DNA of 64,000 nt, taken from NCBI RefSeq assembly GCF_003334785.1, contig NZ_QOWV01000014.1; one strand, 5' to 3'. The translations under genes were made by a program, and so were the position numbers. Positions 11,139 to 21,609 of the stretch are shown here, piece by piece. The notes below the pieces were generated by a model, which worked only from the letters and a program-made list of their open reading frames with translations, did not search any database and was not told the origin of the DNA. The stretch is from Escherichia coli (lineage in GTDB: Bacteria; Pseudomonadota; Gammaproteobacteria; Enterobacterales; Enterobacteriaceae). Within the stretch, counting starts at the first letter, position 1, and each line of letters starts with the position of its first letter.

Positions 11139-11863
11139 TGATTACCCTGAAAAATGTTTCAAAATGGTATGGTCACTTTCAGGTGCTGACCGACTGCTCA
11201 ACCGAAGTGAAAAAAGGCGAAGTGGTGGTGGTTTGCGGCCCGTCTGGTTCCGGCAAATCAACGCTGATTAAAACCGTCAACGGCCTCGAACCGGTGCAGC
11301 AAGGTGAAATCACCGTCGATGGTATCGTGGTTAACGACAAGAAAACCGATCTGGCAAAGCTGCGTTCCCGCGTCGGGATGGTATTCCAGCATTTCGAGCT
11401 GTTCCCTCATCTGTCGATTATCGAAAACCTGACCCTGGCGCAGGTGAAAGTGCTTAAACGCGATAAAGCGCCGGCTCGTGAAAAAGCCCTGAAACTGCTG
11501 GAGCGTGTCGGGCTTTCTGCTCACGCCAATAAGTTTCCGGCGCAGCTTTCCGGCGGTCAGCAGCAGCGTGTGGCAATCGCTCGCGCGTTGTGTATGGATC
11601 CTATTGCGATGCTGTTTGACGAACCGACATCGGCGCTGGATCCGGAGATGATCAACGAAGTACTGGACGTGATGGTGGAACTGGCGAACGAAGGAATGAC
11701 CATGATGGTGGTGACCCACGAAATGGGCTTTGCCCGTAAAGTGGCGAATCGGGTGATCTTTATGGACGAGGGTAAAATTGTCGAAGACTCGCCGAAAGAC
11801 GCTTTCTTCGATGATCCGAAATCGGACCGCGCAAAAGACTTCCTCGCGAAAATCCTGCATTAA
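11138..11863 (+). CDS. gltL: Glutamate/aspartate ABC transporter ATP-binding protein
   Basis: 241-aa ORF with Walker [10 protein letters not shown], signature LSGGQQQR and Walker [11 protein letters not shown]. Confidence 0.9.
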
Positions 11864-11980
11864 TCACTCTGGCGCGCATACCCAATTGCGCGCCATCTCA
11901 CGCTTTATCGTTTCGCCCCTCGTATCTGTTACATCCTGGCGTTACCCTTGTCGCAAAGAAGCACACAACAAGGAGCAACA

Positions 11981-12916
11981 ATGGCACTGCCAATTCTGTT
12001 AGATTGCGACCCAGGTCATGACGACGCTATCGCAATAGTTCTCGCCCTCGCCTCACCAGAGCTTGATGTCAAAGCAATTACGTCTTCCGCCGGAAACCAG
12101 ACACCAGAAAAAACCTTACGCAATGTTCTGCGTATGCTGACCTTGCTTAATCGCACCGATATTCCGGTAGCAGGCGGCGCGGTAAAACCGTTAATGCGTG
12201 AGTTGATTATCGCGGACAATGTGCACGGCGAAAGCGGTCTCGACGGCCCGGCATTACCGGAACCGACATTCGCACCGCAAAACTGTACGGCGGTAGAGCT
12301 GATGGCGAAAACGCTGCGTGAAAGTGCGGAACCTGTCACCATTGTGTCTACCGGACCGCAAACTAACGTTGCCTTGCTGCTCAATAGCCATCCGGAACTG
12401 CATAGCAAAATTGCCCGTATCGTGATTATGGGTGGCGCTATGGGGCTGGGTAACTGGACGCCTGCGGCTGAATTTAATATTTACGTTGACCCGGAAGCGG
12501 CAGAAATTGTCTTCCAGTCAGGGATCCCGGTGGTGATGGCCGGTCTGGATGTTACTCATAAAGCACAAATCCACGTTGAAGACACCGAGCGTTTCCGCGC
12601 GATTGGTAACCCTGTTTCAACCATTGTTGCCGAACTGCTGGATTTCTTCCTCGAATATCATAAAGACGAAAAATGGGGCTTTGTCGGCGCACCACTGCAT
12701 GACCCATGCACCATCGCCTGGCTGTTGAAACCGGAGTTATTTACCTCTGTTGAGCGCTGGGTTGGCGTGGAAACACAGGGGAAATATACCCAGGGTATGA
12801 CGGTTGTTGATTATTATTATCTGACAGGCAATAAACCGAATGCCACCGTAATGGTCGATGTTGATCGTCAGGGCTTTGTTGATTTACTGGCTGATCGTCT
12901 GAAATTTTACGCTTAA
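11981..12916 (+). CDS. rihA: Pyrimidine-specific ribonucleoside hydrolase
   Basis: Start at ATG 11981 ([18 protein letters not shown], the nucleoside hydrolase DxDxxxDD motif), preceded by AGGAG; 311 aa. Confidence 0.85.
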
Positions 12917-12925
12917 CACACGTCA

Positions 12926-12985
12926 TTGATTAAGATCACCACGCGTTACCTGGGTGGTCTTAATCTGTTTATCTCTTTTTCTTTC
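12926..12985 (+). terminator. Candidate intrinsic terminator after rihA
   Basis: Inverted repeat GATTAAGATCACC / GGTGGTCTTAATC followed by a T-rich tract. Confidence 0.5.
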
Positions 12986-12999
12986 AAGATATAAATGCA

Positions 13000-14670
13000 A
13001 TGGATAATGCAGAACTCGCCATTGGTATCGATCTCGGTACTACCAATAGTTTAATTGCCGTCTGGAAAGACGGTGCCGCGCAATTAATTCCAAATAAGTT
13101 CGGTGAATATTTAACACCATCCATAATTAGCATGGATGAAAATAATCATATTTTAGTCGGAAAACCGGCTGTATCACGGCGTACTTCGCATCCGGATAAA
13201 ACGGCAGCGTTATTTAAACGTGCAATGGGCAGTAATACCAACTGGCGGTTAGGCAGCGACACATTTAACGCGCCAGAACTGTCCTCTTTGGTATTACGCT
13301 CATTAAAAGAAGATGCCGAAGAATTTCTGCAACGTCCGATTAAAGATGTGGTGATCTCCGTTCCGGCTTATTTCAGCGATGAACAACGCAAGCATACCCG
13401 TTTAGCAGCGGAGTTAGCCGGGTTAAATGCGGTACGCTTAATTAATGAACCCACAGCAGCTGCGATGGCGTATGGCCTGCATACCCAACAAAATACCCGT
13501 TCGCTGGTGTTTGATCTCGGTGGCGGCACGTTTGACGTTACGGTGCTTGAGTACGCCACGCCGGTGATTGAAGTTCACGCCTCCGCTGGCGACAACTTTC
13601 TTGGTGGCGAAGATTTTACCCATATGCTGGTCGATGAGGTTTTAAAACGCGCGGATGTCGCCAGGACCACGCTTAACGAGAGTGAACTGGCAGCCTTGTA
13701 CGCCTGTGTGGAAGCGGCAAAATGTAGCAATCAATCGCCATTGCACATTCGCTGGCAGTATCAGGAAGAAACGCGGGAATGCGAATTTTACGAGAACGAA
13801 CTGGAAGATTTGTGGTTGCCGCTGCTCAATCGCTTGCGAGTGCCGATTGAACAGGCGTTGCGCGATGCGCGTCTGAAGCCGAGTCAAATCGACAGTCTGG
13901 TGCTGGTTGGCGGCGCGTCACAAATGCCGCTGGTGCAGCGAATCGCCGTGCGTCTGTTTGGCAAATTACCGTATCAAAGTTACGATCCGAGCACCATTGT
14001 CGCGCTGGGCGCAGCAATCCAGGCCGCCTGCCGCTTACGCAGTGAAGATATTGAAGAGGTAATCCTCACTGATATTTGCCCTTACTCGTTGGGCGTTGAA
14101 GTTAACCGCCAGGGCGTTTCCGGCATTTTCTCGCCGATTATTGAACGAAACACCACTGTGCCCGTGTCGCGTGTAGAAACTTATTCAACCATGCACCCGG
14201 AACAGGATTCAATTACGGTTAACGTCTATCAGGGAGAAAACCACAAAGTTAAAAACAACATTCTGGTGGAATCCTTCGATGTGCCGTTGAAGAAAACCGG
14301 GGCTTATCAGTCGATTGATATTCGCTTTAGTTATGATATCAACGGGTTGCTTGAAGTTGACGTGCTTCTGGAAGACGGCAGCGTTAAGTCCAGAGTGATT
14401 AACCACAGCCCGGTAACATTGAGCGCGCAGCAGATTGAAGAGAGTCGGACGCGGTTATCCGCATTGAAAATTTATCCGCGCGATATGCTCATCAATCGCA
14501 CCTTTAAAGCCAAACTGGAAGAGTTGTGGGCGCGGGCGCTGGGTGACGAGCGAGAAGAGATCGGCCGGGTGATCACCGATTTTGATGCGGCGTTGCAGTC
14601 AAACGATATGGCCCGCGTGGATGAAGTTCGGCGGCGGGCGAGCGATTATTTAGCCATTGAGATCCCATAA
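13000..14670 (+). CDS. hscC: Hsp70-family chaperone Hsc62
   Basis: 556-aa ORF with Hsp70 ATPase signatures (IGIDLGTTNS, DLGGGTFD); shorter than DnaK. Confidence 0.9.
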   Translation: MDNAELAIGIDLGTTNSLIAVWKDGAAQLIPNKFGEYLTPSIISMDENNHILVGKPAVSRRTSHPDKTAALFKRAMGSNTNWRLGSDTFNAPELSSLVLRSLKEDAEEFLQRPIKDVVISVPAYFSDEQRKHTRLAAELAGLNAVRLINEPTAAAMAYGLHTQQNTRSLVFDLGGGTFDVTVLEYATPVIEVHASAGDNFLGGEDFTHMLVDEVLKRADVARTTLNESELAALYACVEAAKCSNQSPLHIRWQYQEETRECEFYENELEDLWLPLLNRLRVPIEQALRDARLKPSQIDSLVLVGGASQMPLVQRIAVRLFGKLPYQSYDPSTIVALGAAIQAACRLRSEDIEEVILTDICPYSLGVEVNRQGVSGIFSPIIERNTTVPVSRVETYSTMHPEQDSITVNVYQGENHKVKNNILVESFDVPLKKTGAYQSIDIRFSYDINGLLEVDVLLEDGSVKSRVINHSPVTLSAQQIEESRTRLSALKIYPRDMLINRTFKAKLEELWARALGDEREEIGRVITDFDAALQSNDMARVDEVRRRASDYLAIEIP

Positions 14671-14673
14671 ACA

Positions 14674-14716
14674 CGGCTGCCGGATGCGGCGTAAACGCTG
14701 CATCCGGCATCGGCGC
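14674..14716. repeat. REP-type palindrome between the convergent hscC and djlC
   Basis: GCTGCCGGATGCGGCGTAAACGCTGCATCCGGCATCGGCG. Confidence 0.55.
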
Positions 14717-14729
14717 AAAAAACACATCG

Positions 14730-16181
14730 TCAGCTAAACAACATCGCGATTTTGCCGAGAGCATAACCTATCACCAGCACCGTTAAACTGATTTTGATAA
14801 TGCTGGTAATGCTCTGTGGTTTTTCACCCTCATCATTTTTTTCTTCATGATTTTCAGGTGTTGGCTCATCGACATCTTCATCCTCCGGCTCGAGTTTCAC
14901 TTTCGTCAAAAGCATCCGGGTGACAATGGCCTCTAATGGATGAGCATCTCCGCCTTCCAGCCTTGTATTAAGACGGGCCAGCATCTCTTGTTTCGGAAAC
15001 GCTTCAAGTACTACCTGTTCCGCTACCCGATACAAATCCAGGAACGGTGAATCTTGCTCTGTCTCGCTACCGACTCTCGATTTCCACCACGCCCATGCTT
15101 TGCGCTTGAAGAATAACGACTCAATAAACGATTGACCTAACGGCGATAATTTTCCGCTATGTAAAATCTCCGCCCATAACAGCCGCGTCCGGGCGCTCTC
15201 ACCAGGAACATATTTCAGCGGTTGACCTTGCGCATCTACCATGCTCCGCGCTTCGATAACCATCACTAATAACGCGAAATAATCCGGGCAATGACGCTTG
15301 CTCCACTGCAACAACAAATTATCAGCTTGTGTAGATGGGTAACTTTCCCAGTACGCGCAGAGATCGGCAAGCAGGCTTTCCCCCTCGCCGCAGTACAAAC
15401 GTTGTGCACACAAGTAATACCGGGCATCTTCGCTTTCTGGTTCTTCCGTTTGCCACTGTTGAGCGACAGGAATGAGTTCCGCCATACCTGTTTGCACCGA
15501 GCTGTACCAGCGCAACAGTTTGCGATGTAACTTTGCATCATCAGGAATTAACCACGGACCTTCCATCGCCAAAAACGCAGTGACATAGTCAGGATGGTAA
15601 CGGCAGCAACGTTCCAGCGCGAAGTAATACTCAACAGTCTGGTTCTGCAACGCAATGGGATATTCCAGAAGGCTAAGGAAATCGAAACAATCACCAGCCT
15701 GAATGGCCTCAAGAAAAGCCTCCCTTTCTTCCTCATCCATTCCTTCGCTGTCATTAAATGAATGCCAGTTCAAACGCTCTGCCAGCAAAGAAGCACAATT
15801 TAATGAAAGATATCGCGCTTCTATGGCGATTGCACACAGCGGCCAGCGTAATTGATCGACATCCTCCATGTTCCAGGTATTTAATTGCTGAATAAATTTC
15901 TGCCAGGCGGAAGGCTGAAAACGATCACTTTCTGAATCCAGTAATGTCCTGAATGCACGTAGTATTTCATGTTCAGCGGCAGCATCTTTTTCTTCATCAT
16001 CTGCTTCCTCGACAGGATTTACCGCCAGTCGCAGGGCCTCTTCATAGGCCTGGCGTAATGCTTTAAACCCTTGCGGATCGGTTTCGGGATGACACAACGG
16101 TAAGCGAGCAAGATAAGCCTGGCGGATAATGTCTATTTGCGTCGTGCTTTCAATTTCGAGGATTTGCCAACATGTTTTCAT
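14730..16181 (-). CDS. djlC: Tail-anchored J-domain co-chaperone (Hsc56)
   Basis: 483-aa ORF with an N-terminal J-like domain (ILEIE...[21 protein letters not shown]) and a hydrophobic C-terminal segment; paralog of the djlB ORF. Confidence 0.85.
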
Positions 16182-16885
16182 AGGTCGCTCACATCCTTAA
16201 GCGTTACCGGGCATTCAGACTGGACAGTTAATGGCTGCCAGGGAAGCGTGGCATAGAAACGATCGCTTCCCGCTGCCAGCTCTTCGAACATACGACTCCC
16301 GGCGCTATCGTATTTGTACAGGGTTAGCGCCTCGCGTAGCGAAGTGTTGTCTTCGCACTGAGAAGATTGCCAGTAGAGACGTCCTAACGAATAGGCGGAA
16401 AAATAGTGCATCCAGCTGTGATAGTAATGGTGAGCTCGTACATAGACGCGCGATTGCAGCCATAAACTCTCTTCTTCCGTCAGCCACTTGTTGAGCACAC
16501 CGACCCGTGACAGAAACCCCATTCGAACATAATCCCAGGCTTTGATTCCCCCTTCCCCACAGCACATAGCGGTTTGGGCAACGAATTGGGTATAAATCAA
16601 CCCTCTCTCCGAGCCACCAGCAATTAATGCTTTCCACTCTTCAGGGGAAGAGCGATGCCATGTCAGATATAAGCCAGCTAAATCATTGGCATGACCATCA
16701 TCAGTCATCTGATAAATAGTCTGAATTAAATCATCACGATTATTTATTCCCCAGGATGATGAGAGCTCGAATTCTTTTATCCCAGTATACATTTTTGGCG
16801 AGTCATGCGCGGGTTTGCAACCCTGATTAAGTATTTCCATGGGCGCAGAAAGCGCAAAAAGAAGATATTGTTCTTCCTTATTCAT
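16178..16885 (-). CDS. ybeU: DUF1266-family protein
   Basis: 235-aa ORF, paralogous to the ybeR ORF with a shared [20 protein letters not shown] block; ATGA overlap with djlC. Confidence 0.8.
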
Positions 16886-16986
16886 TTGTTAATAATCCCT
16901 TAAGTGCATTAACTGACTACTTTTTTATTATTGATGAGTATAAACTTGACGCTTTCAAAATAAAAAGAAAATCGAAGCATTCACAC

Positions 16987-17541
16987 ATGAATAAAAAATT
17001 AATGTATATATTCGCAATTTTTATAGTTGCAGCAATTACCTGTATTAGCCAACCCAAGAAAACGACGTTGCGTGATAAAGCCATGGTGAATTATGCCTTT
17101 GATTATTTAAGCTCACCGGGCAGTCTTCCATTCACCACGGCAGCCACGGAGCTTTCCGCGATTCATGGTCACTCAACGTCGCAATATCGCCTTGGAGAAT
17201 TTTATCTTCATGGTAGCGACGGTAAACCACTGGATTATACACAGGCGAGATACTGGTATGAGCAATCAGCGGAACAGGAAAATCCACGCGCGCAAAGTAA
17301 ACTGGGGTGGATCTACCTCAAAGGTCTGGGGGTCAAACCCGACACCCGTAAAGCAATTCTCTGGTATAAGGAAGCAGCTGAACAAGGGTATGCTCATGCT
17401 CAATATACTTTAGGTTTGATCTACAGAAATGGCTCAGGTATTAATGTTAACCATTATGAATCTCAAAAATGGTTAAAACTGGCCGCCAAACAACATTACA
17501 AAAATGCGGAAAGATTACTTGCCGGGCTTCCCGCACATTAA
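16987..17541 (+). CDS. ybeT: Sel1-repeat protein with N-terminal signal peptide
   Basis: 184-aa ORF with a hydrophobic N-terminus and Sel1-like repeats ([16 protein letters not shown]..., [15 protein letters not shown]...). Confidence 0.8.
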
Positions 17542-17550
17542 CGTCGACTG

Positions 17551-18978
17551 TCACCCGAACAGATGGAGTATTTTCCCTATCAAACCAGCAAAGATAAAAA
17601 TATAGAAAATAATTTTAATGATGCCCAGACAGCCTGGCCCACCATCGTCAACGGGCATTGGCTGCGGTTGCGGCTCCGGTTCAACAGTTTGCTTCTCGGT
17701 AAAATTCGCCGCCTGAATTAATAATCGACGAATAATTAATGCTTCCAGTGGACAACGATTTTCTGCATCAAGGCGGCTCACAATCGGCATTAATGATTCT
17801 TCTGTAGGTTGGCAGGCCTGCACTAATTGTTTGGCAACTAGATATAATGGCCATAAGGTATGTTCTGTATCACGCGTGAGTGAGATCCGCGGCTTACGTC
17901 CTTTGTGCAAAACCATCTCGACCAGTGAACGCCCCAGCGCAGAGAGTTTTTCATCGCTGAGTATTTCGTATAAATGAAAACGCGTACGGGCGCTGTCGCC
18001 GGGGACATAAAGTAGCGGTTTTCCCTGATCGTTAACCAGATCACGCGCTTCAATCATCATCACCAGTAATGGGTAATAATCGACCCGATGCTGACGGCAC
18101 CATTGCAACATTAAAGCATCCGCCTGGGTGGAGGGATACTCGCGCCAGTAGTCACAAAGTTCTGCCAACAGGCTTTCGCCTTCTCCACAATAGACGCGTT
18201 GCGCGTATTCATAATAAGGCGCATCTTCATTATCAGGTTCAGTTTCCCGCCATGACTGGGCGTAATCCAGAAGTTCGGGGATATCCAGGCGACCTGCGCT
18301 ATACCAGCGGAGTAAATTTCTGTGCAGTTTTGCATCATCGGGGATAATCACTGCGCGATGTTGCGCTAAATACAATGTCAGCCATTGTGGATGCGATGAC
18401 CAAATCCGAGCGAACATTTGGTAAAAATCGATGGTGTCATTTTGCACGGCAACGGGCAGATGCAGAATGGTCTGGAAGTTAAAAACATTCCCCTTCGCAA
18501 TGGCATATAAAAAGGATTCCAGTTCTTCTTCGTCTATTTCCCCGGTATTTTCCTCCTGTAACCACCGCAATCTTTCTGCTAATAACACCACGCACTCGAA
18601 GGATAAATGGGCAGTGTTCATGGCGATTGTGCACAGCGACCAGCGTAATTCATCAATCTCCTCCATCGAGCAATAATTTAATTGCTGAATGAATCGCTGC
18701 CAGGCGGAGGGCAGAAAACGTTCACTATCAGAGGCAAGTAACGCACGAAAGGCGAGCAGAATTTCATGTTCTGCTACCTCATATTCTTCTGGTTGCCAAA
18801 CAGATTTAGCAGGCGACTGCGCAATCCGTAGCGCCTCCTCATACGCCTGACGAAGTTGTTTAAAACCCTGCGGATCGGTTTCTGGATGAAAGGACGGTAA
18901 CAGCGCCAGATAAGCGCGGCGGATAATATCGACGTCAGTCGTTTCCTCTATATCGAGGATCTTCCAGCAATTTTTCAT
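17551..18978 (-). CDS. djlB: Tail-anchored J-domain co-chaperone
   Basis: 475-aa ORF paralogous to djlC ([38 protein letters not shown]...), with a C-terminal hydrophobic segment. Confidence 0.85.
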
Positions 18979-19682
18979 AGGTCGCTCATATCCTTAAGCG
19001 TTTCCGGGCATGCAGAATAGTAAGCCAATGGTTGCCAGGACAAGGTAGGGTAATACGCATCATCACTGGCAAATAATTGATAAAACATATCATTGCCGGA
19101 ATCGTCGTATTCTTTACGCGCTAAGAATTCGCGTAATAAAGGCAGATGATCATCTTCGGGAGACTGCCAATATTGCCGACCAAAGGTATAACCGGCAAAG
19201 TATTGCCGCCAGTTACTATAATAACGTAGAGCCCGTAGATGAATGCGCGACTGGATCCATAGACTTTCTTCTTCGCTCAACCAGTTATTAAGTACGCCCA
19301 TTCGGCTTAAAAAACCCATCCGGACATAATCCCAGGCTTTGATTCCCCCTTCGCCACAGCATTCGGCGGTGCTGGCGACAAATTGCGCATAAGCCTGACC
19401 TTGCTCATTTAGTTCAGCAAGATAGTCACGCCATTCACATGGCGAATAACGAAACCAGCGGTGATAAAACCCTGCCAACCGAGCGGCATGACCGTTATCG
19501 ATCATTCGGTGAATTGTGCGCAGCAGGTCATCACGGTCATCAATTCCCCATGAGGAAGAAAGGTCAAAAAAGCATGTACCTAAATACATTTTGGGTGATG
19601 AATGCGAAGGTAAACAGCATTCATTGCGTATTTCCATCGGAGTGGAAAGTGCAAACAATATTTTTTGCGACTCCATGTCCAT
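18975..19682 (-). CDS. ybeR: DUF1266-family protein
   Basis: 235-aa ORF paralogous to ybeU; ATGA overlap with djlB. Confidence 0.8.
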
Positions 19683-19845
19683 ATAATTTATCCTTAAATA
19701 TTCATTAAATGAATATTAGCCGCATTGCGAGGCTCGTTTATTTATACTTTTCTGACGCGACATAATACGCATAAAATAAGGCTTACGCAAAAATGGAACA
19801 CATAAAAATATAATATGTTTTATCTGCAACCATAAGGAAATGATA

Positions 19846-20823
19846 ATGATTTTCACGTCAAGTTGCTGCGATAATTTATCAATAGATGAGATTATCGAAC
19901 GTGCTGAAAAAGGCGATTGCGAGGCTCAATATATTGTTGGGTTTTATTATAATCGCGATAGCGCAATTGATTCTCCGGACGACGAAAAAGCCTTTTACTG
20001 GCTGAAGCTGGCCGCTGAGCAAGGTCATTGTGAAGCACAGTATTCCTTAGGGCAAAAGTATACCGAGGATAAAAGCCGTCATAAAGATAATGAGCAAGCC
20101 ATCTTCTGGCTGAAAAAAGCTGCCCTACAAGGCCATACTTTCGCTTCCAACGCCCTTGGCTGGACACTGGATCGTGGAGAAGCCCCCAATTATAAAGAAG
20201 CGGTTGTCTGGTATCAGATAGCCGCGGAGAGCGGAATGTCTTATGCGCAAAATAATCTTGGGTGGATGTACAGAAATGGCAACGGAGTCGCAAAAGACTA
20301 TGCGCTGGCATTTTTCTGGTACAAACAAGCTGCATTACAAGGCCATAGTGACGCGCAAAACAATCTGGCCGATCTTTATGAAGACGGAAAAGGCGTTGCT
20401 CAAAACAAGACACTCGCCGCATTCTGGTATTTGAAAAGCGCACAGCAGGGTAATCGGCACGCCCAGTTTCAAATTGCATGGGATTATAACGCTGGCGAAG
20501 GGGTGGACCAGGACTATAAGCAAGCGATGTACTGGTATCTGAAGGCTGCCGCTCAGGGGAGCGTCGGCGCTTACGTCAACATCGGTTATATGTATAAACA
20601 CGGACAAGGCGTTGAGAAAGATTATCAGGCTGCCTTTGAATGGTTTACGAAAGCCGCTGAATGCAATGACGCCACTGCCTGGTATAACCTGGCCATTATG
20701 TATCACTACGGAGAAGGAAGACCTGTCGATCTCCGACAGGCTCTCGACCTGTATCGTAAAGTTCAGTCATCCGGAACCAGAGATGTCAGTCAGGAAATTC
20801 GTGAGACTGAAGATTTACTGTAG
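19846..20823 (+). CDS. ybeQ: Sel1-repeat protein, apparently cytoplasmic
   Basis: About seven Sel1-like repeats (AQY.LG..Y..G.GV..D); no N-terminal signal peptide. The start is uncertain (ATG at 19840 or 19846). Confidence 0.8.
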   Translation: MIFTSSCCDNLSIDEIIERAEKGDCEAQYIVGFYYNRDSAIDSPDDEKAFYWLKLAAEQGHCEAQYSLGQKYTEDKSRHKDNEQAIFWLKKAALQGHTFASNALGWTLDRGEAPNYKEAVVWYQIAAESGMSYAQNNLGWMYRNGNGVAKDYALAFFWYKQAALQGHSDAQNNLADLYEDGKGVAQNKTLAAFWYLKSAQQGNRHAQFQIAWDYNAGEGVDQDYKQAMYWYLKAAAQGSVGAYVNIGYMYKHGQGVEKDYQAAFEWFTKAAECNDATAWYNLAIMYHYGEGRPVDLRQALDLYRKVQSSGTRDVSQEIRETEDLL

Positions 20824-20833
20824 AGATAAAAAC

Positions 20834-20875
20834 AAGGGCCGGGGAATTTCATTCGGCCCATATTCTCTTTATTGC
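20834..20875 (+). terminator. Candidate intrinsic terminator between the convergent ybeQ and ybeL
   Basis: Hairpin GGGCCG-GGGAATTTCATT-CGGCCC followed by a T-rich tract. Confidence 0.5.
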
Positions 20876-20892
20876 TGTGCGAAATCAGACTA

Positions 20893-21375
20893 TTACGGCT
20901 CAAACGGGCGTCTCTGGAACTGGTCATGACCACATTTCGGGCATAGCGTCAGCACTTCCGGTGTGTAGATCGGGAGATGGAAGTGACATTTCTCGCAGAC
21001 CAGATTTCCCAGCCCGACCACTTCTCCGCTGTGATAAACCCCATGATGATTGAGGTCCTGGAAAACTTCGCGCCATTCAAGCTGCGTTTTATCGGTGATG
21101 TCTGCCAGCTCCTGCCACAAGCTTTCTTTAATCACCCGCATAAAGACGCTGTCAGATTCTTCTTTCAGGCTCTCTTCATAGCTCATGGCGAACTCTTCCA
21201 GGTCACGTCTGACAGCTCGCGTCAGCTCATCGACCTCGGTTCGCGTTAACTCCCCTGTTTTTATTACGCGCTCGCGCGCCTGTTCCACCAGTGCGTCGAT
21301 ATCACGTTCGCCATTGCGCAGGCGTTCGCTCAGTGACGCAACCAGTTCACGGTAATATTGAGCAACCTTGTTCAT
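20893..21375 (-). CDS. ybeL: DUF1451 zinc-ribbon-containing protein
   Basis: 160-aa ORF with C-terminal CxxC...CxxC (CEKCHFH...CPKCGH). Confidence 0.8.
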   Translation of the reverse strand: MNKVAQYYRELVASLSERLRNGERDIDALVEQARERVIKTGELTRTEVDELTRAVRRDLEEFAMSYEESLKEESDSVFMRVIKESLWQELADITDKTQLEWREVFQDLNHHGVYHSGEVVGLGNLVCEKCHFHLPIYTPEVLTLCPKCGHDQFQRRPFEP

Positions 21376-21609
21376 CGTTTCATCTCCCGGGTCGTTAACT
21401 GACTATAATAATAGACGTTCTTTGTTCCTTGCTTTGCTAATACGCCCACAAACTCTGTAAATTAATGTATGAATAATCCGGGCATCATTTCAACGTCGAG
21501 TGCGCGAAAGGCTGTTTTGACGCGGACGTTTGGGCTATGCTATGCGGATCTGAAAAACCACCTCAACGCTACATTTGTAGCCGTATTGAAAACAGGACCA
21601 CTGGCTGCC

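Noticed and set aside
21469-21609. N-terminal extensions in the longest ORFs of leuS, dacA (32358), citC (44450), citE (45888), citF (46780), rna (51372), ahpF (56670), dsbG (57760), gltI (8571), rihA (11948) and dpiB (44218).
   Set aside because: Internal starts restore the recognisable N-termini and signal peptides and have better Shine-Dalgarno context.
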